Part shown: positions 1 through 12,441 of the stretch, one piece after another
How the letters are laid out: the number at the start of each line of letters is the position of its first letter
Numbering within the stretch: the first letter of the stretch is position 1
NCBI GenBank assembly: GCA_951406725.2
Contig: OX597825.1
Span: 78,616,001 to 78,680,000, forward strand
Length of the DNA stretch: 64,000 nucleotides
Reading direction: 5' to 3'
Source of the DNA: Octopus vulgaris
Taxonomy: Eukaryota
Made by a program: the position numbers and the translations under genes
Notes under the pieces: model-generated
Database searches by the model: none
What the model was told of the DNA's origin: nothing
Seen by the model: only the letters and a program-made list of their open reading frames with translations

Positions 1-103
1 AAACCGGTACTGAACGTCTTGGATTAAATGGATTTGCATGTTGGACTATAGCTGATCTATAGTTAATCAGGCAAGCAGACAAGTAGATAGATAGACAGAC
101 AGT

Positions 104-186
<83 letters not shown>

Positions 187-330
187 CGAGAGAGAGAGAG
201 AGAACCAGGCCAGTTGAAACATTTTGTTTAACATAAACATGAGATCTCTCAGATCCTCTGAGAACAGATATGTTATTTTTCCTTCATAAACCAGAATAAT
301 GTGTGTGTGTTTGTGGGGGTGAGTACGTGC

Positions 331-382
<52 letters not shown>

Positions 383-869
383 GCATCATACATAGATATA
401 TATACATAAAATACATACATTAGCTAGAATATTGGTTTATTTTGACTCCACACACACACACACACAGAAATATTCCATGTTTTGTAGGAGTGGAGAAGAC
501 ATATTTCTAGCCCTCGTTCTTTTTCCCAAATACTTTGGCGACATAAATTAAGTAGTTTCAAGCTGTGAATCGAAACCAGGTCGCTGAATCGGTTCACTAA
601 GAAATTTACGACCACATTATGACGCATCGGCATTGGTTTCCATTCACCCCAAACAAAAACAACAGTCTAGAGAAAGAAAACAACCAGATTAATAACATTA
701 AGTGCAAAGAGAATAGCAACATTTATATCTTGCAACATCTTAATGACATCACGTGCATATATTGGAAGAAGGGCCAGGACGACAGGCTTGCTAGAAACAG
801 CAACCAATTTTCTCTCAAATCACCGTCTTCAAGAAAAATGTGACGGGTAACACATTTGATATAGTGTGG

Positions 870-1316
870 GGATCTTTTCAGTTTGAACGGCAGTTTTTTT
901 TAAATAATTTCCACATAACTAAACACTTTTAAACTTCGTATACTAGTAGAATGTATTTATAAAACATCTTTTTCTCTTGGCTTTATTGAGAAAATTCTAT
1001 AGTTTGTAAGATATTTGTTGTTGCTTTTTTTTTCTTCAATTTCTGCAATTTCAACCAATCAATGACGTCTATTGAGGTGAAACCATTCTGTGCCGTATGA
1101 AAATGTCCCTCGTTTAAGAAACAGATTGGGTTTATTTACATTTCTGAAGAAAAAAAGATACCCTTCCCCCCCCACCCCTAACCCTAACCCTAACTAACCC
1201 TAAATCTAACCCTAAAATAGATTGAAATGCAATAGTTCGATACTAAGGTCATAATTATGGGTGACAATTTCATATGACACCGCTAGAAAAAACTGCCGTT
1301 CAAACCGAAAAGATCC
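870..1316. mobile_element. MITE with ~30-bp TIRs and 8-bp TSD (Merlin- or hAT-like)
   Basis: TIRs ggatcttttc(a/g)gtttgaacggcagttttt and aaaaactgccgttcaaaccgaaaagatcc. TSD tagtgtgg at 862-869 and 1317-1324. Internal (CCCTAA)n. Second copy at 21858-22275. Confidence 0.85.
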
Positions 1317-2079
1317 TAGTGTGGTTCTGGATATGCGGGTGGAAAAACGTGATGGTCACAGCAGGTATGTCTTTTGATCATAAGTCTGTTCTATCAGGGT
1401 TGACTTAGGGTCTTCACGATAGCAATAATAACAACAGAGGTAATATCTGCAGTAACAGTAGCAATAACAACATTTTAATACGAAGAATTTGGATTTTGTG
1501 TTGATATTACCGGTCATTGACATTGTAAAGGAACATAACGGTTTCAAGCTGGGAAAGATTGAGATAAGTAAACATTTTCTTAGTCTTAGTTCTGTCACGA
1601 ACCGACAGGCTTTTTTAGCCAAAGCTTATTCCGGTTTTCATGGCGTATAACCAAATCAGAGTAAAAATATTACCTACCACAAACATTCAGGTCGCGATGC
1701 CAGTCCGTTGTGCAGTTTACCATTAGAGTGGATCAATAAAGATCTTAAATATTTTAACCCTTTGAACTCGCATGTACGTTTTAGCAGGCGCGATCCTTTG
1801 GCTCTAGTCCAGGAAGATGATAAAACAGCCGGCCACACGGTTTTGCGTTTACGGGGGAAAAAATATTATTTCTGCAAATTAACGAACCGTAAACATAAAA
1901 CCATGTGACCACCCGCTTTTGCGTCTCCCTTGGGTATAATCAAATGAAATCACGCCTGGTAAAGCGTTCTCGTGAATTAAAAGGTTGATCACAACTGGAT
2001 GAAAAGTCGAAAGTGATTTGCATATTTCTTGGCCAACAAAGCAGTTACATTAAATTTTCTTGCTTCTGTGTTTTTTTTA

Positions 2080-2141
<62 letters not shown>

Positions 2142-2717
2142 TCCCTTTGCGTATTGGGGACGGCTAATTTAAAAGACATCCCTAGGCAGGAAAGAAATAA
2201 CTGGAAGGAAGGGATACTGATGGTGAGAAAGCATAACATCGTAAATATACCCACTCCTAACAAAACTAGGAAACCTGATGCTGCCAGTACTTCATATCAA
2301 ACAAGATTTGATGAGAAAAACTGTTTAAAGCTTCAGATAATATAGATGACTCTATTAAATATCGATATGCAAAAGAGAAACTAATAGCAGGTATCTTTAA
2401 TGGGGGTTAAGGTAAGAATTTTAAGGTTGTTTAGGAGTTTACGTAAACCTGTTGAAAAAATGTTTGGGTAACATAAACAGAAATTGTAAAAGACATAATT
2501 CATACGTCAAATCTGCAAACTATAATAGCCGGGTGAATAAGGTGCGTCCTAGCTTCTGGGAAGAGGTTGGGACGTAATATGAATATTAAAGTGTATTTCC
2601 TCTGCACCCATTTAAAACTACTTCCTTACCAATTTAGGAGCGGTTAACAAAGATCTAGGAGAGAGTTTCCACCAAGTCATAGACTATTGAAAAAGCAAAA
2701 TATATAATTAAATTATA

Positions 2718-3113
2718 CTAGCAGTATCGCCCGGCGTTGCTCGGGTTTGTAAGGGAAATAACTATATAAGCATTTTTAGAGAGTTATAGACAAAAAATAG
2801 CAAAAAAATGCATTAAAAATGGAAAAAAAATTATGGTAATTTTTTTTTAATCGTTGACTCATCGTAGACATTTTTAGAGAGTTACTTCCATTATATAATA
2901 GAGAAAAGATGCATTAAAATGGAAAAAAATGATGGTAATTTTTTTTTTTTATCGTAGACTCATTGTAGACGCGCGCTAATACTCAGAAGGGCTCGATATG
3001 AATCACGACTATAAGATACCCGGTTTTGGTTAAACTGCACCGCAAAATGTGGGAGTAGTTAGGAATCTAAATCGTAGGAGACAGACACACAACTTCACTT
3101 TTATATATAAAGA
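2718..3113 (-). mobile_element. Non-autonomous Helitron-like element
   Basis: Minus strand reads A|TCTTTATATATAAAAG ... hairpin CCCGAGCAACGCCGGG ... CTAG|T, with no TSD. Second copy at 43330-43725. Confidence 0.8.
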
Positions 3114-3605
3114 TGTACTTTATTGTGTTTTATTATGCTCGTGATCCTCCGGTCTGTGGCAAAATTGTCTTGCATGAAACCAGTCTGTGGCACAAAAATG
3201 GTTTGGGAAACCATTGCACGAGATTATCCTGAAGAATGGCATTTATAAATTTGGAACGGAATAGCACGGCGTTTCGGCATTTCATGCTGCGAAATATGTT
3301 TTGTGAGTTTAATGTAAACTTACGGTCGACAGTATTAGGTTCTCGTAAATTTTGATAACAAGGTTTTGGGTTTTACAGCTTCTAGTTTCTGTTTAAAGAC
3401 AACTGACAAACTTGTATATTTCGTCGTCAGTTTCCGTACGTTTTAGATAATCCGCCGTAAGGACTCGGCAGCAGAACGAATGAATGCATGTATGTAACAA
3501 TATGTATGTACTGCTGTGTATGTCTCTATCTGTCTGTATGTATGTATGTATGTATGCATGTATGTATGTATGTATGTATGTATGTATGTATGTATGTATG
3601 TATGT

Positions 3606-3657
<52 letters not shown>

Positions 3658-4041
3658 ATGCATGTATGTATGTATGTATGTATGTATGTATGTATGTATG
3701 TATGTATGTGTGTGTGTGTGTGTGTGTGTGCGTGTGTGTGTGTATGTATGTATGTATGTATGTATGTATGTATGTATGCATGTATGTATGTATGTATGTA
3801 TGTATGTATGTATGTATGTATGTATGCATGTATGTATGTATGTATGTATGTATGTATGTATGTATGTATGTACGTATGTATGTATGTATGTACTGTTTTG
3901 TATATGCATGTATGTAAGTGAATATATATGTATGGATAAATCTATGAAGCTATGTATATTTCTAGATAATTCGAAATGGAATGTTGATGTTTATTAGTGC
4001 TTCTAAATATATACATGTATACAGACATACACATATATATA

Positions 4042-4108
<67 letters not shown>

Positions 4109-4121
4109 GTATGAGTATATA

Positions 4122-4168
<47 letters not shown>

Positions 4169-4185
4169 GTATGAGTATATATCTG

Positions 4186-4237
<52 letters not shown>

Positions 4238-4250
4238 GTATGAGTATATA

Positions 4251-4285
<35 letters not shown>

Positions 4286-4327
4286 GAAAGAGTGGAGTCG
4301 AACGACGATTTATCAAAATTCCTTTAT

Positions 4328-4408
4328 TCTCGACATATGTTTCGAAGACTGCATATTCCTAATTCCGAAGGAATAAGGGGTGCATTATGTCGCCTTCTCA
4401 TCAGGAAA
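4328..4408 (-). ncRNA. Type I hammerhead ribozyme motif (mirror copy)
   Basis: Reverse complement reads tttc-CTGATGA-gaaggcgacata...tatgcagtcttc-GAAAC-atat-GTC-gaga; catalytic core intact. Confidence 0.72.
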
Positions 4409-4547
4409 GACAAGGAACTTATGTCAGCATCATGGCGAACAAAATCTTTTAGATGACTGCCCATGGACTCCATTATCACTATGGACTCCGTGTGGGCAGT
4501 CATCTAAAAGATTTTGTTCGTCATGATGCTGACATACGTTCCTTGTC

Positions 4548-4628
4548 TTTCCTGATGAGAAGGCGGCATAATGCACCCCTTATTCCTTCTGAATTAGGAA
4601 TATGTAGTCTTCGAAACATATGTCGAAA
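4548..4628 (+). ncRNA. Type I hammerhead ribozyme motif
   Basis: Stem I tttc, core CTGATGA (4552-4558), long stem II gaaggcggcata/tatgtagtcttc, GAAAC (4613-4617), atat, GTC (4622-4624, predicted cleavage site), stem I gaaa. Confidence 0.75.
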
Positions 4629-4885
4629 ATAAAGGAATTTTGTTAAATCGTCGTTCGACTCCATTCTTTCATTTATTTATAGTAAAAAAAACACACAAAT
4701 TTCCACACGAAAGCACGTGATCTCTGCCCTTGACATGTAGCTTCAACCGTGTTTTCTGACGTGAATTTGCTACCCGGGTATCGGTTAACCGAATTATCCA
4801 TACTAGGATAATTCATTCAACTACTTAAATATATTCATATATATATATATATATACACAAACATACATATATATGTGTGTGTATA

Positions 4886-4949
<64 letters not shown>

Positions 4950-4955
4950 GTATAT

Positions 4956-4995
<40 letters not shown>

Positions 4996-5177
4996 GTGTG
5001 TGTGTTTACGTCCACGTAATTTAGCGGTTTGGCAAAAAGACTCCGATAGAATAAGTACTAGGCTTAAAAAGACTAAGTCCTGGGTTTCTTTTGATCGACT
5101 AAAGGCGGTGGTCCAGCATGGCTGCAGCCAAAATGACTGATACAAAGAAAAGAATACATGTATGTATGTATGTATGC

Positions 5178-5235
<58 letters not shown>

Positions 5236-5358
5236 GCAAATATATCTGCATATTGTCATTTGATTTTGTATAAAGTTATACGCACGTATGTTATGCATGC
5301 ACGTGCGTAAGTACCTAAGCACGTTTGCATGTATGCATATATATACATATATAGATAA

Positions 5359-5392
<34 letters not shown>

Positions 5393-5492
5393 TCCTTTTA
5401 CGCCAATTACACCGAGTAAAGTGTCTGCGTGATATAGTATATAATATATACATCTCACCCTCGCTCTCTCGCTCACTGTTCTTTTGTATATG

Positions 5493-5543
<51 letters not shown>

Positions 5544-6267
5544 CACACATCCGCACATGCACACACGACAGTGTGGTTCAGCACGTGTTGGTTTCTTCTC
5601 GTTATTTACCAGTGTTTGTATATAATAGGCTTTGGTAGAGATTTTTCTTGTTGTTTTCATCAGTTTAAATATTCTTCAATTTTTTTTTTTTTTTTTCTTT
5701 TTAGAATATTCATTTCGTTGATTTTATACCCGTTTTTGGTTATTGTCGTTGTTGCTGCCACTGGCATTGCTGTTATCGCTGCCTGTTGTTACCACCGATG
5801 CTGCAGCTGCAGCTGTTGTTGTTGTTGTTGTTTTTGTTGATATTGTGTCACTTCTTCGTTTGGTGTGTTTTCTATTTTGTATTTGCTGCTGGTGTGTATG
5901 TAAATATATGTGTGTATGTGTAACTGCGTGTGTGTGTGAGGGGATGTGTGTATGTGTGTGCGGGCGCGTTTGTTTATGTGTATATGTGCATCTCTATGTA
6001 TGTATATATATATATATATATATATTCTACTTTAGGCACAAGGCCTGAAAGTTTTGGGGAGGGGTCCAGTCGATAAGATCGACCCCAGTACGCAACTGGT
6101 ACTTAATTTATCGACCCCAAAAATCAATGGCAAAGTCACAGTCATTCATTATATATATATATAAACACATGTGTGTGTATATGTATATAAATATACTAAT
6201 ACATTATATATATATATATATATATATATACGTTTAAATATTTGGCTAAATATATATTCCGAAATAT

Positions 6268-6344
<77 letters not shown>

Positions 6345-6769
6345 AAATAAAATATATGCATACATGCATACATATATGTACGTACCTACATCTACATGTA
6401 TATATACATGCATATATAAATATATATACGTGAGTAGTGAGTACAGGACACCACAAATAGACGTAGAACTCAACGAGAAACGAAAACGTAAAAACAAAGG
6501 CGCAGGTGTTTGTATGTAAGCTTGCTTCCCAACAACATGGTTCTGAATTCAGTCCCACTGCGTGGCACCTTGGGCGAGTGTCTTCTAACATGGCCTCGGG
6601 CCGAGCCGACCAAAGCCTTGTGAGTGGATTTTGTAGACGGAAACTGAAAGAAGCCTGTCACGTGTGTGTGCTTGTTCTGCACCACCTCTTGAAAACAGAT
6701 GTTGGTGTGTTTACGTCCCCGTAATTTAACGGCTCAGCAAAAGAAAAAAAAAGAATCTATAAATATATG

Positions 6770-7004
6770 CAGTAATCCGTCGTTCCCAAACCCCTACCCC
6801 ACCCCGCGATAGGTGAAAATCCGCGAAGTAGCAACTGTACTGTATATTTCTTTATTATTTGTATAATTTATATGTATTTGTTTTATTAGAAATTCAAAAG
6901 AACACCACGAAGAAATCGATGTAAGCTTAAATAATAGACCGCGATAGGTGAACCGCGATAGATGAACCGCGATAGATGAACCGCGATACGGCGAGGGATT
7001 ACTC
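6770..7004. mobile_element. pogo/Tigger-like MITE
   Basis: Imperfect TIRs cagtaatccgtcg and cgagggattactc; internal repeats of gaaccgcgatag. Confidence 0.55.
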
Positions 7005-7047
7005 CATATATATTTATTTAATTATATTATATATATATATATATGTC

Positions 7048-7110
<63 letters not shown>

Positions 7111-7315
7111 ACATATATATATATACATACGCATATATAATGTGTATATGCGTGTAAATTTAAATAACATGGGCATATGTTTATGTGTGTATTTATCCGT
7201 TGCCGAACAGTCGACGAGTGTGGTTTTTGAGTGTACGTATCAAATTACTAGTTTATATGTGTGGTGAATCATGGTACAGGCAAGTGCCTGCTTGTCTGTA
7301 TCTGTGTGTAACACC

Positions 7316-7350
<35 letters not shown>

Positions 7351-7368
7351 TGTATGTGTGTATATATG

Positions 7369-7399
<31 letters not shown>

Positions 7400-7628
7400 G
7401 TATGCATGTATGTATGTATGTATGTATATATATATAATCGTATACATATATACATATATGTATACTTATGATTTATGAATATATACATACATATATATAT
7501 ATGTACAAACGTTCACATATAGACAGCTCCTTATACATATATACACAGTTCAAATACACGCAGATTTATATACGTATATGTGTGTGTGTGCATGTATGTA
7601 TGTATATATACATACACTCGTACTTACG

Positions 7629-7674
<46 letters not shown>

Positions 7675-8065
7675 CACGCACATACACACACGCACATACA
7701 GGTTTGTCGTTGTCACTCTTTCTGCTCCTCCTCCTCCTCCTCCTCACCCTCCCTACTCGCACCGGCTTTAAGTGGTGGGAGGTGAGGAGAGAGGGAGAGG
7801 GTGACAACGACAAACCCCGGGACCCTAACGAATGATATTGAAGCATAAGAAATATACAAAGGGATGAATGTGTGTCTGCTAACGCATGTGCACGTGTGTA
7901 TGAGTGTGTGTATGAGTGTGTGTGAGTGAGTGTGAGAGACGGACAGACAGGCAGACAGAATGAGAGAGTGACAGAGAGGGAGAAAAAGAGAGAGAGAGAG
8001 AGAACCTGTACATACATGTATACATACATGTATGTACCTACATATGTATGTATATTTGTGTGTGC

Positions 8066-8125
<60 letters not shown>

Positions 8126-8500
8126 TTATATATTATATATATATACACTTATATATTATATATATATATATATATACACATATGTATAAATACACTTATA
8201 TATAATATATATATATACAAATACATGCAATTACGTATATATATGTATGTATATATTCACACTTACATACATACATACACACACATGCATACATACACAC
8301 ACATACATACATACATACATACATACATACATACATACATACATACATACATACATACATACAGACAGACAGACAGACAGACAGACACACATACATACAT
8401 ACATACATACATACATACATACACACATGCACACATACACACATACATACATACATACATACATACATACACAAATACATACATACATACACACATACAC

Positions 8501-8552
<52 letters not shown>

Positions 8553-9407
8553 ACATACATACATTTGTGATCGGGGTGAGAAGAGAAAATATCAAAGACA
8601 AAAAATTAATAAAATAGACGAACAGAACCAAATAAAAAACAAATAAATATATGAATGAATAAAATAACAAAATAACTAAATAAACAAATAAAATAAGATT
8701 AAAAAAAAAAACAAAACAAAATAAAATGCATAAATAATGTTCGTTTAGCGGGTGGGGGTGGGGGGGTAGGGGGAGAAATAAGGAGAGCAAGCGAAACAGA
8801 AAATATATACTCGTCAGCTTATATAGCCCGGTTTGCTTAATATTTTGGTATAAAGTCAAACTCAAACCTGCCGCCCGATGTCTTTACACGCTGTCTGACG
8901 GATATCTCTCGTTGTTTTTGCAAGACAGTAAGTTAATCTTATGTCTCCTGCCCTTAATTTAAATGTTATATGAAAATAATTTCGCTTATAATTCTTAGAT
9001 TTCAGTACATTTTTTTCTTTGTATTTTCCGAGATTTAAAAAAAAAATTTATTAGCTGTTTTCTTTATAACTAATTCGTGCTTTCAACTAAAGTTTTAGTT
9101 TATTAGTTAATTGCTATATTTTAATCGAATATTTTCGACTTTTTTTTGTTGTAATTCTTTTTGATTTGTGTTGTTTCGTTTAGTTTGTTTTCGCATATTG
9201 TTTTTTGTTTGTTTGTTTGTTTGTGTTTGTCTTAGGGTTGTTTTTTTTTTAATATATATTTTCCCCCCCATAAATCTCGATTCGATTCTTTCCCAATTCG
9301 TATTCATGGATACGTCCGTTTTGCACAGACCCACGCACCTGAATGCACATCCACCTACACACGCATATGCATACATGCTTGAAGATCGATCGATAGAGGG
9401 AAAGAGT

Positions 9408-9447
<40 letters not shown>

Positions 9448-9608
9448 GTGACAGAGACAAACAGACAGACAGACAGACTGGCAGGCAGGCAGACAGAAAT
9501 GGACATATAGATAGACAAACAGATAGTTGATAGATAGGGAGAAAGGGGGAAGAGAAAGACAAACAGATAAATAGATAGATAGACAGACAGACAGATAGAC
9601 AGATAGAC

Positions 9609-9675
<67 letters not shown>

Positions 9676-9679
9676 TAGG

Positions 9680-9761
<82 letters not shown>

Positions 9762-9963
9762 AGCAGACAGATAGACAGATAGATAGGTATAGACACGTGT
9801 GTATGCATGTACATAAGCTTGTGCTCATGCATATATGCATGTATGCACGTGTCCAAACGATCAGGTGGCAGCTGACACCTGAACGTTTGACACGTGCTGA
9901 CGTGCCTACAAAACTCGGAGTAATGACACCCCCCCCAACTATCATTTATTCAACACCATATGC

Positions 9964-9994
<31 letters not shown>

Positions 9995-10036
9995 CGTGTG
10001 TGTGTGTGTATGTGTGTGTGTGTGTGAGTGTACACG

Positions 10037-10085
<49 letters not shown>

Positions 10086-10159
10086 ATACATACTGATACA
10101 TATACAGAGAGAGACAGATTTATATATAAGCACGTGAATACACAGACACATACACACAT

Positions 10160-10191
<32 letters not shown>

Positions 10192-11200
10192 CACACACAC
10201 ACACACACACACACATGTACATGCACCTGCACACGCATATGTATACACTCTCTTCGGAGTGGGGAACAGCGAACCTCGAAGCAGATAAAGCTATAAATAA
10301 TTGCGCGTAAATTTATTCTTTCCCCTGCTTCTAGAATTCGCCGTTCCAAAGTAAAAAAAAAAAACAGAAAGAAAACAAAAAAAAAACAAGAAAAAGGTAT
10401 TTTTTCACGTTCTCGAAATTTCTGAAATCTTGTGACATCACCATTGCACACACACACACAATGTCTCTCTACATATCCATGTATTTAGTATGAAGATTTG
10501 ACAAAACAACATATTACAGTAACCAGCCATCGTACACACTTTTGTATTACGGTGATACGGTTGATACTTTGCACGTGTGTTTATCTGGGTTTTTTTTTTC
10601 TTTTGCTTCGTTCTTTTTCTTTTGTTTATTTTGTTTATATTCTTTGCGATAGACATTGTTGCTTGAAACAACCGTGGAGCGTAATAACTACACGAGCCTA
10701 AGTGGTCCTTCGACCTGTTAAAAATATCAGTCAAATCTCCCTCTATTCACACTTTTGTTGGTCTTAAAAGTGTAAAAATACAGCACAAAATTTGGTCAGA
10801 TACATAGGTAGATAGTTAGAGGGAGGGGAGAAAGAGAGGGAGAAAGAGAGACAGACAAACAAACAGAAAGAAAGATAGATAGAAAGAAAGATAGATAGAT
10901 AGATAGACGGACAGAAGACAGACAGACAGACAGATAGGTAGGTAGATAGATAACTTTTTATTGTGGCCACACGGGACTAAACACAGAAAAAAATGGACGA
11001 AATACAATGTAGAGTTTTTTCTTTTCGTGGTGGGATGGGTGGGACACACAAAGAAAAAACGTTCGATCAATAGGGATTTGTGGGTTATGTGGTGTGTAAA
11101 AAAGCAATATATATAAAGTTCACATTTTAGGTGTAGCCTTGGAAAGAAACACCTACAAAAAAGACCAAGGTCACCTCAGACAGTTCGAAAATGAACACAT

Positions 11201-11507
<307 letters not shown>

Positions 11508-12382
11508 GAAAGTGACGTTTACGACTAGAATGACTTCCATCATACATATGTCAGCTTAATCGGAGCTTGCCTAGGGCTAAACAGGAATCCCAACAGCAAA
11601 CAGCAACAGCAACAGCAACAACACCAACAACAACAACAACAGCAACACCAAGTAACTAATATTCTATTCTCTTATGTTCAGCACACAATTTTCCATGTAT
11701 AAACTTCTGCAAATACCGTTCTGTAAATTGACATATCACGACAAAAGCTTGTTGCAAACCTCAAGGACAACCAACTGTTCTTTGTTCTAAAAACAACGAT
11801 ACTTAAAGAAAACAATTATTATCTGATATCGTCGATATGCCATGAGACGTTTTCATATAGAGAGAGACAGATCGATAGCCTGTGGTTTTATGCTTATACG
11901 CCAAAGCTCAGCCTATAGCCTAGCTTTATTGCATAAGACTTACGACAGAGATACAGCTTAGAAATCGATATAAGCTGTATCACTCGAGTGTTATGTCAGA
12001 AACTACTTTGGAATCACATATAAGGAATTTAGTATACGAGAGTTTTGTGGCAGAAACCTTTATTTAGGGGTTTACTCTTTTATTTGTTTCAGTCATTTGA
12101 CTGCGGCCATGCTGGAGCACCGCCTTTAGTCGAGCAAATCGACCCCAGGACATATTCTTTGTAAAACCTAGTACGAATTGTATTGGTCTCGCATGCCGAA
12201 CCGCTAAGTTACGGGGACGTTAACGCACCAGCCTCGGTTGTCAAGCGATGTTGGGGGGACAAACACAGAAACACAAACACACGCATATATATATATGCAT
12301 ATATACGACGGGCTTCTTTCAGACTCGGGCCAAATAATGCCTTGTGAGTGAATTTGGTAGACGTAAACCGTACGGCAACCCG

Positions 12383-12441
<59 letters not shown>

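Larger units (their letters stand above)
4280..4820. mobile_element. Penelope-like element remnant: inverted terminal-repeat pair inserted in (TA)n
   Basis: Near-identical inverted arms 4280-4463 and 4493-4676 with a 29-nt spacer. Each arm carries a hammerhead motif. The right arm continues for about 140 nt, and both sides are TA repeats. Confidence 0.65.
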
